DNA from: Candidatus Heimdallarchaeota archaeon
GTDB lineage: Archaea > Asgardarchaeota > Heimdallarchaeia > Heimdallarchaeales > Heimdallarchaeaceae
Direction: 5' to 3'
DNA length: 64,000 nt
NCBI GenBank assembly: GCA_030603365.1
Contig: JAUVXV010000006.1
Location: forward strand, 1 to 64,000
In this document: positions 1 to 8,430 of the stretch, one piece after another
Position numbering within the stretch: position 1 is the first letter of the stretch
How the letters are laid out: every line of letters starts with the position of its first letter
Program-made: the position numbers and the translations under genes
Notes under the pieces: model-generated
What the model was told of the DNA's origin: nothing
The model's input: the letters and a program-made list of their open reading frames with translations, nothing else
Databases searched by the model: none

Positions 1-1
1 G

Positions 2-766
2 TTAGTCTATCTTAAAACCATTCCAAACGTAAAGAAGAACCCTAAGCGGAAAGGAGCAATCGATTTAGGGATGACCAATCTTGTGACCTTTGTGGATAAC
101 CTCGGGAATCAACCGATTGTTATCAAGGATCACGGGAAAGGGATAAAATCAATAACCCAATATTATCTGAAAAACCAGACACAATTACGAGAACAATATG
201 TCCTGCAGCAACGTCAGCAGCTGAAAATCAAGAATAAATTAAAGTATGGAAAAACCTTCTACCAGTTGCGTGAAAAGTGGAGGAAGAAACTCAAAGATTC
301 TATCCACAAACTCACGCATTATCTGGTAGAACTGTGGGTGGAAAGAGACATTCATGAAGTGGTTATTGGGTACAATCAGAAGTGGAAACAAGGGGTGCAT
401 TTCTGGAAAAAGGTCACCCAGATGTTTGTCACCATCCCCTTCATGCGCATTATCAATATGCTCAAGTATAAGGCTGCTGAGAGAGGGATAAAGGTTGAGC
501 TCATCCCTGAAGACTATACCTCTAAATGCAGTTTTCTCGACAACGAGTTTCCCCAAAAACGCACTAAGTATGCAGGGAGAAGAGTGGAACGTGGATTGTT
601 TAAATCTTCTCAAGGACATTTAATCAATGCTGATGTTAATGCAGCTTACAATATTTTAGTTAAAAGCGATCCGAAAGCCTTACCCAAGCGTAAGGTGAAC
701 GGGGTAGGAGGATACGTGATGTATCCCCTCAGAGTGAGTATAGAACACCTCTCATGTGCTATATGA
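2..766 (+). CDS. tnpB: IS200/IS605-family TnpB RNA-guided nuclease, 5'-truncated by the window edge
   Basis: Frame is open from base 2 (LVYLKTIPNVKKNPKRKGAIDLGMTNL). RuvC-I AIDLG, IGYN-x-WKQ, PEDYTSKCSFLD, RuvC-III INADVNAAYNI. Paralogue of 44085..45344. Confidence 0.9.
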   Translation, partial: LVYLKTIPNVKKNPKRKGAIDLGMTNLVTFVDNLGNQPIVIKDHGKGIKSITQYYLKNQTQLREQYVLQQRQQLKIKNKLKYGKTFYQLREKWRKKLKDSIHKLTHYLVELWVERDIHEVVIGYNQKWKQGVHFWKKVTQMFVTIPFMRIINMLKYKAAERGIKVELIPEDYTSKCSFLDNEFPQKRTKYAGRRVERGLFKSSQGHLINADVNAAYNILVKSDPKALPKRKVNGVGGYVMYPLRVSIEHLSCAI

Positions 767-809
767 TAACCTCTAAGAAAGATACTTAACTATTCTTGTT
801 AACATGACA
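664..809 (+). ncRNA. Putative omegaRNA/reRNA scaffold overlapping the tnpB 3' end
   Basis: Hairpins CCTTAC-6nt-GTAAGG (678-695) and GGATAC-5nt-GTATCC (710-726) are conserved in the second copy; the first has compensatory changes. Boundaries approximate. Confidence 0.55.
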
Positions 810-906
810 AGATGACAAAACCACATCATTAATAATAGAAGATTATTTTTTACACTTAAGGAGATATTGAGAACTTAATATTTTTAAATGTTAAAAAGAT
901 AAAACT

Positions 907-1623
907 GTGAAAATGACTGAAAATTCAAAAGATTACTCAGAGTTCACAATTATCATCCCAACTCTAAATGAAGAAAAATCGATTGTTCACCTTCTAGAGT
1001 TATTAGAGCAAATATCTCCAAAAATAAATGTAATCGTAGCAGATGATGGTTCAAAGGATAAAACAAAAGAAATTGTTGAAACGCATACAGGAAGTGTAAA
1101 GGCTTTTTTCTTAGACAGAAAAAATGAAGAAATTCATGGGTTAACAATAAGTGTAATAGATGCAATTAGTATTTGCAAAACACCTTATTTTATGGTCATG
1201 GATGGTGATTTACAACATCCCCCAGAAGTTGTTCCAGAATTTTATAAGAAGTTGAGTCAGGGTTATGAATTGGTCGCTGGTAATAGAATAGAGGTTGCAG
1301 GAAAGTGGGGATTATATAGAAAGTTGATGTCTTATACTGCCATACTTCTAGGGAAAATAGCATTAGCAGTTAGAAGAAGAAATAAAGTCAAAGATATTAT
1401 GACAGGCCTCTATGGTTCTAAGACAGATCTCTGGAAAGAAGTAATTGATAAAGAAAGAGAAAAATTCACACTTGAAGGGTATAAGGTTTTATTTGATTTC
1501 TTAAAGATCTATTCTCCTAAATTGAAAATTGGCTATGTTGATTATGTATTTGGTACTAGAAGTTCTGGTGAATCAAAAATATCTAAAAAGATAATCTGGT
1601 TATACTTCAAGTCACTTTTCTAG
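907..1623 (+). CDS. GT2 glycosyltransferase, dolichol-phosphate mannose synthase-like
   Basis: IIIPTLNE, VADDGSKD, MDGDLQHPPE, R-x-x-GESK motifs. Confidence 0.9.
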   Translation: MKMTENSKDYSEFTIIIPTLNEEKSIVHLLELLEQISPKINVIVADDGSKDKTKEIVETHTGSVKAFFLDRKNEEIHGLTISVIDAISICKTPYFMVMDGDLQHPPEVVPEFYKKLSQGYELVAGNRIEVAGKWGLYRKLMSYTAILLGKIALAVRRRNKVKDIMTGLYGSKTDLWKEVIDKEREKFTLEGYKVLFDFLKIYSPKLKIGYVDYVFGTRSSGESKISKKIIWLYFKSLF

Positions 1624-1630
1624 TTTTTTC

Positions 1631-2332
1631 TTAAACCCCTTTCAGAAGATCTTTTACTTCATAAACAACCTGTAAAAATTCTTGCATAAGTTCGGGATTC
1701 TTAATACCAGAAATTTTCTCTACTCCCGATGAAACATCTATGGCATTTGGATTCAATTCTGAAGATATTTCTACTACATTACTTGAATTTAATCCTCCAC
1801 CTATAATAAGAGGTTTCTGAATGGATTTCTGAATCTTTTTCACAATATCAATTACCTGTTGCCTTGATTCTTTTTGTTGCCAACTTTGACCGAGAGGGAG
1901 GTTGATGTTAACAATTTTAACATATTGTTCTAAAGTCTGAGCAGCTTTGACAGGGTCGGGATCAATTATATTTGATTCTAGTGTATCTTTATCTAAAAAG
2001 ATAGAACCAATTATTGGTATAGTTGCTATCGACTGGACAGAAATGAGATTATTGATTTCGTCGAAGAATTGTCCATTAATCTGGATCATATTGGGGTGGC
2101 ATGTATCTTGAGCATCAAAGATGTCATCTATAGACTCAGGTACAAGTTCTGCAATTGTAATGCATTGTTCTACATTAGCAAAGATTCTACGAGCATCAAA
2201 CTTACTAACTGATCTTACATCTTTAAGATCATCAATAATCGCACCTATTGCAAAATATGATGAAACATCTACTGATATGGCAGCATCAAAGTTTGTGACT
2301 CCGGAAATTTTGGCAATCCACAATCTAATCAC
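1631..2332 (-). CDS. Phosphoribosylanthranilate isomerase (TrpF)-like TIM barrel; likely start is TTG at 2323
   Basis: KISGVT, IIGGGLNSSNV, AIDVSSGVEK-x-x-GIKN. SD-like GAGGTGA precedes the TTG at 2323. Catalytic Cys/Asp appear substituted. Confidence 0.75.
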   Translation of the reverse strand: MIRLWIAKISGVTNFDAAISVDVSSYFAIGAIIDDLKDVRSVSKFDARRIFANVEQCITIAELVPESIDDIFDAQDTCHPNMIQINGQFFDEINNLISVQSIATIPIIGSIFLDKDTLESNIIDPDPVKAAQTLEQYVKIVNINLPLGQSWQQKESRQQVIDIVKKIQKSIQKPLIIGGGLNSSNVVEISSELNPNAIDVSSGVEKISGIKNPELMQEFLQVVYEVKDLLKGV

Positions 2333-2493
2333 CTCAAGTGGTTAATTATGGCTCTATTTTTAATGTTTTCCTCTCTCAAATCTTACAACATAATAATCAG
2401 ATGATATCTGGAATGTATCTGTGACAAGTCAAGTATAATTTCTGGATATTACAATATTACTTAATAGATAAATTAGTATTTATACTGAGTTAT

Positions 2494-2826
2494 ATGAGAA
2501 CAAAGGATACTTATCTCACTTTTAAACTTGAGAAAGCTATCGCTAGAATAAAGGATAAGAGCGGTTACAATGATTCTCCTGTATTTTTGGAAATTTGTAA
2601 TTGCCCAAACAAAGGGGGTTCCTTCTTTTATGATACAAAGAAGGAGGCATATTTCGGTAAAGGTTCATGTAACAATAGTTTGCTCTGCTCAAAAATTCAA
2701 ATGGATAAACATCAAATACTCATTAGAAAGTCTATTCCAAGGATTTTAGAACATATCAATAGTGAGAAAATCTTACAAAGAGAACAAATAATGAATTATT
2801 CTCCAGAGTTATTATCTGGAAGCTAA
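2494..2826 (+). CDS. Hypothetical protein with four Cys (possible metal-binding)
   Basis: 110-aa ORF with ATG start after a TATA-like TTTATA; contains CNC...C...C. Confidence 0.55.
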   Translation: MRTKDTYLTFKLEKAIARIKDKSGYNDSPVFLEICNCPNKGGSFFYDTKKEAYFGKGSCNNSLLCSKIQMDKHQILIRKSIPRILEHINSEKILQREQIMNYSPELLSGS

Positions 2827-2889
2827 AGACTCATTTCCTCCTTTCCTTATTCAGATAGTAGATTTATAACAAATAATTATATATTTAAA

Positions 2890-4632
2890 GTGACAAATTT
2901 AGTTGACAGTAACATGAGCGATTCTAAGGAAATTATTTACAAAGAAGCTATGGTTAATGCTTACATATATGGATCAGCTGATACAAAGATAGTAATAAAA
3001 AAATTAATGTCAGGATATCCAGAACTCAGAAGCAAAGCAAAAGAGATTCAAGCTACCTTAGCTAAAATTGTTGATGAAGTAAATAGTCTTCCTAGAAAGG
3101 ATATAGAGAAAATTGTTGAAAAAAAGTATCCAGAAAGCATAGTTGAAGAGGTAAAGGAGAGGGATTATCTACCCGAGATAGTTAATGCAGAGCATGGAAA
3201 ATTGAAAGTGCGATATCCTCCAGAACCTTCAAAACACCCTCATATTGGTCAAATGCTATCTTTTTGCATAAATCATTTAATTGCAGAAAGATATGAAGGA
3301 AAAACCGTTTTACGATTTGATGACACAAATCCTGAAAAAGTTCAAGCAGAATTTTATGATAGTTTCAGGGAAGTATTATCTTGGTTAGGTCTTCAAGTTG
3401 ATGATGAAGTATTAGCGTCAAATTACATGGAACTTTATTATGAAAAAGCAATGGATTTGATTCAAAAGAATGAAGCTTTTATTTGTCAATGCGAAAGAAA
3501 CACTTTCACAAAACTACGAAACGAACAAAAGGCCTGCAAATGTAATTTAGAAAATAGTATCGAGAAAAATCATGAACTATTTGAAAAACTCTTAGAAGGT
3601 AATTTTGCACCTGGGGAAGCAGTAGTAAGATTAAGAGGAGATATGGAATCTCCTAATTCTGTTATGCGAGATCCTGTTCTTCTTCGTATTTCAAATCATG
3701 CACACTGTATTCAAGGGGATAAGTATAATCTTTGGCCGATGTATGATTTTGAATCACCTATAATGGAAGATCTTACAGAAGTTACACATATCCTCAGAAG
3801 TATGGAATTTGGAAAAATGCGTGAAGAATTACAGAGAACAATTGCACAAAAGCTAAATCTCAATGTTCCAGAATTCATGGAATATCAAAGGTATAATATC
3901 ATAGGTGCTCCTACTCAAGGAAGGGTGATAAGAGAATTAGTCGAAGAAGGAACAGTAACGGGTTGGGATGATTATCGTCTTGTTACTTATCAAGCACTAA
4001 AACGAAGAGGTATTCAACCTCAAGTATTTTCAGAGATAATTAAAAGGGTTGGAACGACGAAATCTGCCACAAACATAGATTTTTCATTGATTTTCTCAAT
4101 AAACAGAAAAATCATTGAGCCTACAGTAAGACATTATTATTTCGTATCTGAACCAGTGAAAATTAAAATACAGAATCCAATAGATCAAACTATTGAAATT
4201 AACTCACATCCATATAATGAAAATCTGGGATCTAGAAAGATTACTGTTAGTGATACACTTTATCTGAGTGGAACTGACAAAGAGTTTCTGGATATCGATT
4301 CTATTGTCCGAATGAAAGATCTATATAATATCAAAATTTTAAAGAAAATCTCAGATGAAGAGCTAGTTGCAGAAATTATTGGTAATGAAGTATTACAAAA
4401 TGTTCCTAGACTTCAATGGGTTTCTGAACCAGTGGAGGTTGAGATTATCAAGCCAGAAATGTTATATTTAAATAACTGTATAAACAAAGATAGCTTGAAG
4501 TATATTCATGGTTTTGGTGAAAGTAATCTACTCAAACTTAAAATAGGGGAGATTATCCAACTAGAACGGTTTGGATATACAAAGGTTAATAGAATTAACA
4601 AGAAAATTAAGATGAATTACATACATGGATGA
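2890..4632 (+). CDS. gltX: Glutamate--tRNA ligase, archaeal type (likely start ATG 2914)
   Basis: RYPPEPSKHPHIGQ (HIGH), LRFDDTNP, WPMYDF, GWDD-x-RL-x-T, IQLERFGY. Confidence 0.95.
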   Translation: MTNLVDSNMSDSKEIIYKEAMVNAYIYGSADTKIVIKKLMSGYPELRSKAKEIQATLAKIVDEVNSLPRKDIEKIVEKKYPESIVEEVKERDYLPEIVNAEHGKLKVRYPPEPSKHPHIGQMLSFCINHLIAERYEGKTVLRFDDTNPEKVQAEFYDSFREVLSWLGLQVDDEVLASNYMELYYEKAMDLIQKNEAFICQCERNTFTKLRNEQKACKCNLENSIEKNHELFEKLLEGNFAPGEAVVRLRGDMESPNSVMRDPVLLRISNHAHCIQGDKYNLWPMYDFESPIMEDLTEVTHILRSMEFGKMREELQRTIAQKLNLNVPEFMEYQRYNIIGAPTQGRVIRELVEEGTVTGWDDYRLVTYQALKRRGIQPQVFSEIIKRVGTTKSATNIDFSLIFSINRKIIEPTVRHYYFVSEPVKIKIQNPIDQTIEINSHPYNENLGSRKITVSDTLYLSGTDKEFLDIDSIVRMKDLYNIKILKKISDEELVAEIIGNEVLQNVPRLQWVSEPVEVEIIKPEMLYLNNCINKDSLKYIHGFGESNLLKLKIGEIIQLERFGYTKVNRINKKIKMNYIHG

Positions 4633-5557
4633 AATGCTTATGGACTATGGACTGCTTATCTTTTTGGTTTTTCTTGCAATTTCCTTAATAGTGATAGCCA
4701 GAGCAGCTGTTAAAAGTAAGCAAAAAAAGAGTGCTCCAAAGCGCAGGTATAAACCTTATCAGCCGATTGCTCAAACACAACTTTCTAGATCCGGCGTTCC
4801 AGTTCATGAAGTTACATCACATGTTGATAGATCAACTTACACTACTAGCCCTAGTTCTGATTCTCGTGCTGCATATGCAAGTGCAGATGAATATTTTAGA
4901 GCAGGGATGTTCGATAAAGCTAAGGAAGAATATCTTAAGACAGGTAGAGTGTTTGGAGCCGCAAAATCTGTAGCAGCAAAAGGAAGAGAATTTGTTCCTG
5001 ATTCTATCCAAATAATAACAAGATATGCTCCTGAAAGAGAAGAAGAAATGGTCAGAAATTTGTCAAGATATTTCTATGATAGTGGTGAAACAGAAATTTC
5101 TGCATATATTCTTTTTGAAAAAGGTCTTGAAGACGAAGCAGATGCAGTTTTAGCAACCATAGGTAAATCTGTAGAAGATATCACTCCCATAGGTGTAGTT
5201 GAAGTAAGCTCCATAGATCAGTCTCTTGAATTAGAAGGGGAGAAGACGCTAGAAGAACTTGAAGAAATTGCATCAGAAACACTGGAGCAAGAGGAGAAAG
5301 TAGAAAAGCAGAAAGATATTAAGCCTGTCATCAAAGAAAAGATGCCTGTAACACAAACTCTGAAAGTTGCTACTTCTGATTTAGATGATAGATGTAGTGT
5401 TTGTATGTCTCCAATTAAAGCAGGCGAAAGCTTTGTAAGATGTCCATTTTGTGAAATTCCTTCCCACTATGCACATATTGTGGAATGGATAAAAGTCAAA
5501 CCACAATGTCCTAATTGTCGAAAAAAACTTGTAGCTAGAATGTTCCAACAAGCTTAG
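4625..5557 (+). CDS. Membrane-anchored protein with helical-repeat middle and C-terminal RING-type zinc finger (putative E3 ligase)
   Basis: N-terminal TM helix. C-terminal CSVC-x12-CPFC-x4-H-x2-H-x2-EW-x6-CPNC. Start overlaps the gltX stop. Confidence 0.75.
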   Translation: MDEMLMDYGLLIFLVFLAISLIVIARAAVKSKQKKSAPKRRYKPYQPIAQTQLSRSGVPVHEVTSHVDRSTYTTSPSSDSRAAYASADEYFRAGMFDKAKEEYLKTGRVFGAAKSVAAKGREFVPDSIQIITRYAPEREEEMVRNLSRYFYDSGETEISAYILFEKGLEDEADAVLATIGKSVEDITPIGVVEVSSIDQSLELEGEKTLEELEEIASETLEQEEKVEKQKDIKPVIKEKMPVTQTLKVATSDLDDRCSVCMSPIKAGESFVRCPFCEIPSHYAHIVEWIKVKPQCPNCRKKLVARMFQQA

Positions 5558-5592
5558 TAAAAAGTTAAAAATAGTTTAGTTATCTTAAAGAT

Positions 5593-6078
5593 ATGGTGCT
5601 ATTACCTCCATTTGCAGATAATATAATTAAAGAATATATAGAAGCTAAAACTCAAACTCAGATTGCTGGTTTTGATTTAACAACTAAAGAAGTTATGGAA
5701 CTAGAAGATGGGGGAATTATTGATTTCGATAATTCAGAAAGATTCATTCCAAATCATAAGACTATAAACCCAGAAGATAATAAATGGACTCTTGAACCTG
5801 GAGGATATTTAGTTCGTTATAATGAAATTGTAGAAGTACCTCTAGACGCAATTGGTCTAGTTCTTCCTAGATCAAGTTTGATGAGAATAGGAGCAACATT
5901 ATGTTCCGCGGTCTGGGATCCTGGGTATAAGGGCAGAGGAGTAGGCCTTCTAATTGTCAATGCAAGAATTACATTGTATAAGGATTCAAGAATAGCTCAA
6001 ATCATATTTATTAATACCAAAGAGAAGTTGAATAAAGGTTATTCTGGAACATATCAAAATGAAAAAGGTCATGAGTGA
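5593..6078 (+). CDS. Trimeric dUTPase / dCTP deaminase family protein
   Basis: AGFDLT, PRSSLMR, AVWDPGYKG, RIAQ, GYSGTYQ. Confidence 0.9.
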   Translation: MVLLPPFADNIIKEYIEAKTQTQIAGFDLTTKEVMELEDGGIIDFDNSERFIPNHKTINPEDNKWTLEPGGYLVRYNEIVEVPLDAIGLVLPRSSLMRIGATLCSAVWDPGYKGRGVGLLIVNARITLYKDSRIAQIIFINTKEKLNKGYSGTYQNEKGHE

Positions 6079-6181
6079 AACACCAAATAATCTTAAGAAT
6101 CCATTAAGTTTATCAGCATAAAATAGCACTTCTTAAATATACAAAACTAGATATTTAGTCAGCAGTTGGAAAAGTGAAGTC

Positions 6182-7309
6182 ATGTCAAAGAAGGAAGAAA
6201 CGGTGAAAACTACTAAAGGGAAAGAAACGACAGCCAAAAAAGCTACAACTCCTAAACCAAAAAAAGAACCTGAGGATTGGATAGAAGAAATATTACCTAA
6301 ACAAACAAAACCAAAACCAAAACCAAAACCAAAACCTCAAAAAACTAAAACTGAGGATTTAAGCGATATTGCAGTGAATCAAATCCCAGGAGTTGGGCCA
6401 GCAGTAGCTGAAAAATTAATCTCTTCAGGATATATAACCTTAGCAGCTGTAGCTCATGCATCTCCAATTGAACTTGCAGAACATTGTGAAATAGGCGAGC
6501 AAACTGCAAAAAGACTCATTTCAGCATCTAGAAGTCAAATTGGGATTGGATTTCAAAATGCTAAAGAACTGCTAAAAGCCCGAAATAAACTAATAAAAAT
6601 ACCTACAGGTAGCAAATCCCTTGATACACTTCTTGCTGGCGGAATTGAAACAAGTTCTTTGACTGAATTCTCTGGGGAGTTTCGAACAGGAAAAACTCAA
6701 ATTTGTTTTCAGCTTTGTGTTATGACTGCAATGGAAAAAAAACTTGGAGGTCTTGAATCTGGTGTTATTTATATTGATACAGAAGGAACTTTCAGACCTG
6801 AAAGGATTGTACAAATATGCAATAGATTCAATGCTCCCACGGAAGAAGTTTTGAGTAGAATAAATGTGGGGAGAGCTTATAATTCAGATCATCAAATGGT
6901 GCTTGTTTTAGAAAGTCCAAAATTTATAAAAGAGGGAAATGTCAAATTGATGATTATTGACTCACTTACAAGTCATTTTCGTGCAGAATTTACTGGAAGA
7001 GGTTCGTTATTGGAACGACAACAAAAATTGAATAAATATCTTCATCAACTACTACGATTAGCTGAGGTCTATGATATTGCTGTTGTAGCTACCAATCAAG
7101 TTCTATCAAAACCTGATGTTCTTTATGGAGAAACAGTATTCCCAATTGGGGGACACATTGTAGCTCATTCATGTACTACTCGAGTATTCCTAAGAAAGAG
7201 CAAAGGCGAGAAGAGAATAGCTAGAGTTATAGATAGTCCCCACATACCTGAAATTGAAACTGTATTCATGATTGGTCAAGATGGAATACTTGATGTGAAT
7301 GGGAGTTAG
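6182..7309 (+). CDS. radA: DNA repair and recombination protein RadA with Lys/Pro-rich N-terminal extension
   Basis: HhH N-domain (IPGVGPAVAEKL), Walker A GEFRTGKTQ, YIDTEGTFRPERI, IIDSLTSHFRAE, GGHIVAH. Confidence 0.95.
   Translation: MSKKEETVKTTKGKETTAKKATTPKPKKEPEDWIEEILPKQTKPKPKPKPKPQKTKTEDLSDIAVNQIPGVGPAVAEKLISSGYITLAAVAHASPIELAEHCEIGEQTAKRLISASRSQIGIGFQNAKELLKARNKLIKIPTGSKSLDTLLAGGIETSSLTEFSGEFRTGKTQICFQLCVMTAMEKKLGGLESGVIYIDTEGTFRPERIVQICNRFNAPTEEVLSRINVGRAYNSDHQMVLVLESPKFIKEGNVKLMIIDSLTSHFRAEFTGRGSLLERQQKLNKYLHQLLRLAEVYDIAVVATNQVLSKPDVLYGETVFPIGGHIVAHSCTTRVFLRKSKGEKRIARVIDSPHIPEIETVFMIGQDGILDVNGS
6307..6336 (+). repeat. (AAAACC)5 coding tandem repeat (Lys-Pro run in RadA)
   Basis: Five direct copies read from the sequence. 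Confidence 0.9.
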
Positions 7310-7383
7310 TCATACTTTCATAAACTTTAAGTAAGATTGTATCAATTTCGTTCTTTAGAAACATTTAGTCTTTCCATTACCAA

Positions 7384-8181
7384 TTGGTGATTAATTTGAC
7401 AGAAGAAGATGGAAGTATTTCAGTCAGTGATGCAATAAAAATTACTGAGTTAGAAAATAAAGTTCAGAATCTACAAACTAAGGTTGACGAACTTGAAACT
7501 GCTAATAGAGAATTAGATGACAAGAAAAATGCTCTGCAAAGTGAACTTGATGAATTAAAAGTAAGAGCAGAAGGGTTCAGTGAATTAGAAACAACAAAAA
7601 CCAATCTTGACAACGAAGTAAACTCTCTCAAAGAGGAGAATGCGAATCTCAAAGAAGAAAAAGAAAAACTGAACACAGAAATTCAAGATCTCAAAAATGA
7701 AAGTATGAAAAAGGATACTGATTTTGCAAATATGAAAAGAGACCTTGATGAACAAAGTGAAGGTTATGAGGACAAACAACACACTATCGACAAATTGAGA
7801 GAAAGTCATGCTGAGATGGAGAGTGCAAAAACAGAAATTGAAGCACAACTTGAACAAGTCAAGGACGAAAAAGCCACCACTGAAAACAAATATAATGAAT
7901 TATTAACAGATTCTTCAAGATTGGAACAAATCAAAACAGAATTAAGGGATAAAGAGGAAGCATTGAGAAGATTCCAAATTATCGCTGAATCAGATCCTTC
8001 TTACACTTGGCTCTCTACATTAGAAAGATTTAGAGTTATAGAGCTCAAAAGGCTCGCTATGTCAACTGGGTCTTCAACACATGCAATCCTAAAATATGTT
8101 CAAATGTTAGAAGCAGCGGGTTTAGTAGATATTGAAATGCATGGGAAAGATGATCCCAACCCAACAATAAAGCTGAAATAA
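7384..8181 (+). CDS. Long coiled-coil protein with C-terminal winged-helix-like domain
   Basis: About 190 aa of E/K/L heptads, then LKRLAMSTGSSTHAILKYVQMLEAAGLVDIE. Confidence 0.75.
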   Translation: MVINLTEEDGSISVSDAIKITELENKVQNLQTKVDELETANRELDDKKNALQSELDELKVRAEGFSELETTKTNLDNEVNSLKEENANLKEEKEKLNTEIQDLKNESMKKDTDFANMKRDLDEQSEGYEDKQHTIDKLRESHAEMESAKTEIEAQLEQVKDEKATTENKYNELLTDSSRLEQIKTELRDKEEALRRFQIIAESDPSYTWLSTLERFRVIELKRLAMSTGSSTHAILKYVQMLEAAGLVDIEMHGKDDPNPTIKLK

Positions 8182-8220
8182 AGCTTTATCAACTCCTTTT
8201 TTTTTATTTATATGATAATA

Positions 8221-8385
8221 ATGGATACAAGCGTATTATTGAAAATAAATGATGAAAAGATTCCTCTAAATCAATTTATTACTAAGATTTTAACTAAAAT
8301 TAATTTAGCAATAGTTGAATCTCTAAAAGGGATAGATACAGAGAATATTCAAACAATAGAAATAAAGATTGAGAAAAATGAATGA
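8221..8385 (+). CDS. Small protein (54 aa) resembling the MobB C-terminal-like 'NGKEIPLNxF...SLKG' family; not in ORF track
   Basis: MDTSVLLKINDEKIPLNQFITKILTKINLAIVESLKGIDTENIQTIEIKIEKNE*. Confidence 0.6.
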   Translation: MDTSVLLKINDEKIPLNQFITKILTKINLAIVESLKGIDTENIQTIEIKIEKNE

Positions 8386-8430
8386 AAGTAGGAGAAATTT
8401 TAAAACCAACTCTTACCCTTTTTCCCCCGT

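Larger units (their letters stand above)
1..809 (+). mobile_element. Right part of an IS200/IS605-type element carrying tnpB
   Basis: tnpB plus 3' flank similar to the second copy up to ...ATGACA (809 vs 45374), after which the two diverge. Confidence 0.7.
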
